Assembly (NCBI GenBank): GCA_964367745.1
Contig: CAYIYK010000004.1
Location: 449 to 64,448 of the forward strand
Length of the DNA: 64,000 nt
Source: an uncultured Candidatus Saccharibacteria bacterium
GTDB taxonomy: Bacteria; Patescibacteriota; Minisyncoccia; Phycocordibacterales; PALSA-1337
Reading direction: 5' to 3'
The notes under the pieces were generated by a model. The model saw nothing but the letters and a program-made list of their open reading frames with translations, did no database searches and was not told the DNA's origin. Of the stretch, positions 60,602 to 64,000 are shown piece after piece; positions within the stretch are counted from its first letter, which is position 1, and each line of letters starts with the position of its first letter. Both the position numbers and the translations under genes were made by a program.

Positions 60602-62800
60602 TTACCTTCCAGTATTATAAAGTTGCGCCACCTCTGATTGTGACAGTACTCTATTATATATACGGACATCATCAATCTTCCCTTTTATAAGATAATTTGG
60701 ACTACCACTCGATAGTAGTGAACCTATAGTGAGCGGTGTATTAACATTCCTTATTGTTGTAAAAGTACCACCTTGGGTATTAGTATCATCAACCTGGACA
60801 CCGTTGTAATATAGCTTTACTGAGCTTGATGTAGAACCACCATCATAAGTACCAACTATGTGGTACCATACACCCTTAACTATTTTTCGGGAAGTTGATC
60901 TTCCTATATAGCCAGCACTGGAACTATCTAGGAGCATGAGACCTAGACCAGACCCATCTGTCTCAAAAAGTTGTCCCATTTCCAAGGTATAAGCATAACT
61001 ACCACTCTCATCGAATTTACCAATAATGGAAGGGCTATTTGTAAAATCATTAAACAAAGCCCATGTAGATATTGAAAATGGTACTCCACCATTCAAATCC
61101 AGAATATCTCCCATGGAAATATAATCATTTGTTCCGTCAAAATTACCAGCTTGCCCTATCTTACCCGGTGTATAGAAAGTTGATGTGGCTATATTATTCA
61201 AATTCCCATTATTACCATTACCACTTCTATCTCTCACTACACCACCTACCATATCTTTACCATCAAAAGTCCAATAGCCTACGAGACCACAACTTAATCC
61301 TGATATACATGAAGAATTTTGAATTATGTTTTGTGACGAAGATTGTTTTGTTGATATATTACTAATATATAGTTGTTTAATCTCTCCAACCGTAAGTGCC
61401 CTATCATAAACTCTGAATTCATCAATTACACCATTTACTGATTGATTTGCATTACCTGTACCTCCGAGTGTAATGAATCTCATAGCATCAAATGTCCCCA
61501 CAGATGGTGCTGTCGAATTATATAAAACACCATTTATATACCAATCTATTTGAGTCGGAGTGTAGACGAAAGTATTTAGATATGGGAGTCTTGTTTCAGA
61601 ACTATACACAGTCGATTGTGCAGAACTTCCACCATTATTTGAACTTGCTTGTATCCTAGGATTGTTACCGGTACTGTACCATCGATAAAAATTTGATTCA
61701 TTGTATGTAGTCTTACCCATTTGAAAACCTGTTTGATTGCCCTGCCAATCACTAGCTTTTCTGGGTGTATACCATAGTGATATAGTGAAAGTTGATCTTG
61801 CTGTACCTAGATCAGAAAATATATAATCATTGTTTGAAGTAAACCTTAAAGCCTGCCCTTTGACACCTGCAGTATAGAAAGTTGATGTAGAAATATTTGC
61901 AGTGTTTGCAACTGTACCACTTCCACTTCTATCTCTTACAACACCGTTAACTATATCTTTTCCATCAAAAGTCCAATAGCCTACGAGACCACAAGAAAGA
62001 CCAATTGAGCATGTAGAGGTATTAACTACAGATGAAGAAGAGCTTTGTTTATTCGAAGCACCAGAAGAGTACAATTGGGAAATCTCGGAAGTAGAAAGTG
62101 CTCTATTATATACGCGAACATCATCGATCAGACCATTAAACCATGATCCAGTTGAACCGTACAACGATCCAAATGTTATTGATTGATTAGTCCAATTTAA
62201 ATTTCCAGCGCTGGTAGAATTGACCTGAACACCATTTTCATAAAGTCTTTCAATTACGCCATCTGAAGTCATTAGAACATGCACCCACTTATTTGAATAG
62301 TTATTTGTACCAGCTATATTTCTATTCGCTACACCATCGTAAATACGAGACATTGACTGACCTGAAGCGTTAATTCCGACAAAAGCCTCGTTTTCACCCA
62401 CCAAAACAGCTCTCATTTCAGTACCTATATTATTAGGTTTAAGCCAAGCTGATATTGTAATGTTATTGAAATTATTTGGATTTATTGTGGTCTTAAATAT
62501 GTAGTCATTACTTCCATCAAAATTACCAGCTTGCCCTATCTTACCCGGTGTATAGAAAGTTGATGTGGCTATATTATTCAAATTCCCATTATTACCATTA
62601 CCACTTCTATCTCTCACTACACCACCTACCATATCTTTACCGTCAAAAGTCCAGTATCCTACCAATCCACAAGAAAGACCGTATGTACAATTAGATAAAG
62701 GTAAAACATTCGGTGACTTCCCCATAGATGAAGAATGGGAGAATAATGGTGCTGAAGAGATTAACAGTATTATAATTGCCTTAATAAAATTTTTATTCAT
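60602..62800 (-). CDS. Secreted protein with three tandem LamG domains (732 aa), paralog of 41249..43441
   Basis: Three LamG repeats. The first and third share an exact 41-aa block encoded by an exact 125-nt nucleotide repeat. Confidence 0.8.
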   Translation of the reverse strand: MNKNFIKAIIILLISSAPLFSHSSSMGKSPNVLPLSNCTYGLSCGLVGYWTFDGKDMVGGVVRDRSGNGNNGNLNNIATSTFYTPGKIGQAGNFDGSNDYIFKTTINPNNFNNITISAWLKPNNIGTEMRAVLVGENEAFVGINASGQSMSRIYDGVANRNIAGTNNYSNKWVHVLMTSDGVIERLYENGVQVNSTSAGNLNWTNQSITFGSLYGSTGSWFNGLIDDVRVYNRALSTSEISQLYSSGASNKQSSSSSVVNTSTCSIGLSCGLVGYWTFDGKDIVNGVVRDRSGSGTVANTANISTSTFYTAGVKGQALRFTSNNDYIFSDLGTARSTFTISLWYTPRKASDWQGNQTGFQMGKTTYNESNFYRWYSTGNNPRIQASSNNGGSSAQSTVYSSETRLPYLNTFVYTPTQIDWYINGVLYNSTAPSVGTFDAMRFITLGGTGNANQSVNGVIDEFRVYDRALTVGEIKQLYISNISTKQSSSQNIIQNSSCISGLSCGLVGYWTFDGKDMVGGVVRDRSGNGNNGNLNNIATSTFYTPGKIGQAGNFDGTNDYISMGDILDLNGGVPFSISTWALFNDFTNSPSIIGKFDESGSYAYTLEMGQLFETDGSGLGLMLLDSSSAGYIGRSTSRKIVKGVWYHIVGTYDGGSTSSSVKLYYNGVQVDDTNTQGGTFTTIRNVNTPLTIGSLLSSGSPNYLIKGKIDDVRIYNRVLSQSEVAQLYNTGR
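61137..61272. repeat. Intragenic direct repeat copy A (about 136 nt, 1 mismatch) in the LamG x3 gene
   Basis: Identical to 62517..62652. Encodes GKDMVGGVVRDRSGNGNNGNLNNIATSTFYTPGKIGQAGNFDG in LamG domains 1 and 3. Confidence 0.9.
62517..62652. repeat. Intragenic direct repeat copy B
   Basis: See copy A. Confidence 0.9.
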
Positions 62801-62801
62801 A

Positions 62802-64000
62802 TTATTCTTGATTAACTACCGGAACCTGTTCTTGAACACTTGGTTCATTTACTATATCAGGCTGTGTAATATAATTTTGATTATCCTCAACGACCACTTC
62901 TTGATTATTATTTTGGTCATTCGGCGGTGTATCTGAAATTATAGTTGGTGTCGAAGTCGAGGTGGGTGTTTGGACTTGATCGATTACTGTATCTACTGTT
63001 GATGTACTTGTATTATTTGAATTATCAGTATTTTGGTTACTATTTGTTATATTCTGATTTATATCTTCACTAGGTGGAATGGGATTTGAAATTAGAGTTG
63101 TTGTATGACCCGCTCCAGCATTTATAAGCATAGCTTTTAATTGATCTTTATTTACACAAACATCATCAACACATAGTTTTTCTTCTACATGTATTTCTTT
63201 TACGAATATACTCTTGAAATTCAAAGATATATTTGATAATTTCTCAATCAAAATTGAAGTTAAATTAGAAATAAATGAATCAGATTGAACTAGCTTGTCA
63301 GCTGTTGTAGACGCAATAGAATCTGATATTAAGTTTAATGTAGTAGACGCAATCGATAACATTAGCGTACTACTTGATGTTAGATTATATAAATCATTTT
63401 TAATTGAAACTATTTCTGAATTTAAATCTACAGTTGATGACGATATTAGAGTGTTGATAGTTGAAGATGGAGTAACACTTGACGATACATTAGAAGACAG
63501 TACATAACTTGGGGTTGTTGAACTTAGATCTTTAATTTGCTTCTGTTGTTCCTGTACCGCCTGAATCAAAAGTCCTGTTATTTTTTCGAAATGTAGTGAC
63601 AGAGGTTTTCCGTCATATCCATAATCTACTAGATTTTTATCTATCTTCTCCACTTCTTCTGCAATCAATCCATAACTCTTATTTGTTTCAAATTCTTGCT
63701 TTTCAATATAATCAAAATTTACAACTGAGAATTTTGATAATTCATCTAATGCATAGCCACTTGCAAGTGGTGTTACATTTTCCTTAAATCTTATAGATGA
63801 CGGAGTACAACTAGCACCACCAGCATCTGTAATGTCCTTACTTGTAGTTATACATACAGCATTACCAGTAGCAGATGATGTTAGACCGTTAAATGCCACT
63901 GTTCCAACCACTGAGAATTTTCTCCATGGTGTACTTGAACCGACTCCAACACTTCCACTTTCTAGAACCTTCAATAGTGATGTGTTGCTACTATTTAAAG
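62802..64000 (-). CDS. Partial gene (5' end beyond window): tail-fibre-like protein containing a peptidase-S74 / intramolecular-chaperone (endosialidase chaperone) domain followed by a long Ser/Thr/Asn-rich C-terminal extension
   Basis: SSIRFKENVTPL...FSVVNFDYIEK...YGLIAEEVEKIDKNLVDYG...IQAVQEQQKQIKDL matches the phage tail-spike auto-chaperone domain. The reading frame stays open to the window edge; the annotated start is only a TTG. Confidence 0.55.
   Translation of the reverse strand, partial: LNSSNTSLLKVLESGSVGVGSSTPWRKFSVVGTVAFNGLTSSATGNAVCITTSKDITDAGGASCTPSSIRFKENVTPLASGYALDELSKFSVVNFDYIEKQEFETNKSYGLIAEEVEKIDKNLVDYGYDGKPLSLHFEKITGLLIQAVQEQQKQIKDLSSTTPSYVLSSNVSSSVTPSSTINTLISSSTVDLNSEIVSIKNDLYNLTSSSTLMLSIASTTLNLISDSIASTTADKLVQSDSFISNLTSILIEKLSNISLNFKSIFVKEIHVEEKLCVDDVCVNKDQLKAMLINAGAGHTTTLISNPIPPSEDINQNITNSNQNTDNSNNTSTSTVDTVIDQVQTPTSTSTPTIISDTPPNDQNNNQEVVVEDNQNYITQPDIVNEPSVQEQVPVVNQE

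Overview
This AT-rich window (about 30% GC) reads with the standard genetic code and looks like a reduced Patescibacteria/CPR-type bacterial genome. It carries a syntenic run of housekeeping genes: truB, hisS, a UvrD-like helicase/nuclease, rpoD, dnaG, rnhB, a type IV pilin, dnaE, thrS, gyrB, pheST, tsf, rpsB, prfA, rpmE, rplY, fba, tgt, a LOG-family protein and an RRM protein. There are two tRNA genes. One, tRNA-Asn(GUU), appears split by a roughly 567-nt group I intron that encodes an HNH homing endonuclease. Interleaved with the housekeeping genes are two syntenic cassettes of very large secreted or cell-surface proteins. These carry LamG (concanavalin-like), beta-helix, FN3, thrombospondin-type-3-like and InlB-B-repeat domains and C-terminal peptidoglycan-binding domains. 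The cassettes share a roughly 1-kb near-identical 3' segment and contain exact intragenic repeats, which suggests ongoing gene conversion. Other points are a tandem pair of genes built from a novel Cys-flanked repeat domain with Asn/Tyr-rich linkers, and a membrane protein with a bPH plus AlbA_2 (Schlafen-like) domain architecture. There are also several GC-rich or promoter/terminator-bounded small-RNA candidates, a GC-rich micro-insertion in dnaE, and minimal aminoacyl-tRNA synthetases. No CRISPR array, rRNA or transposase was seen.
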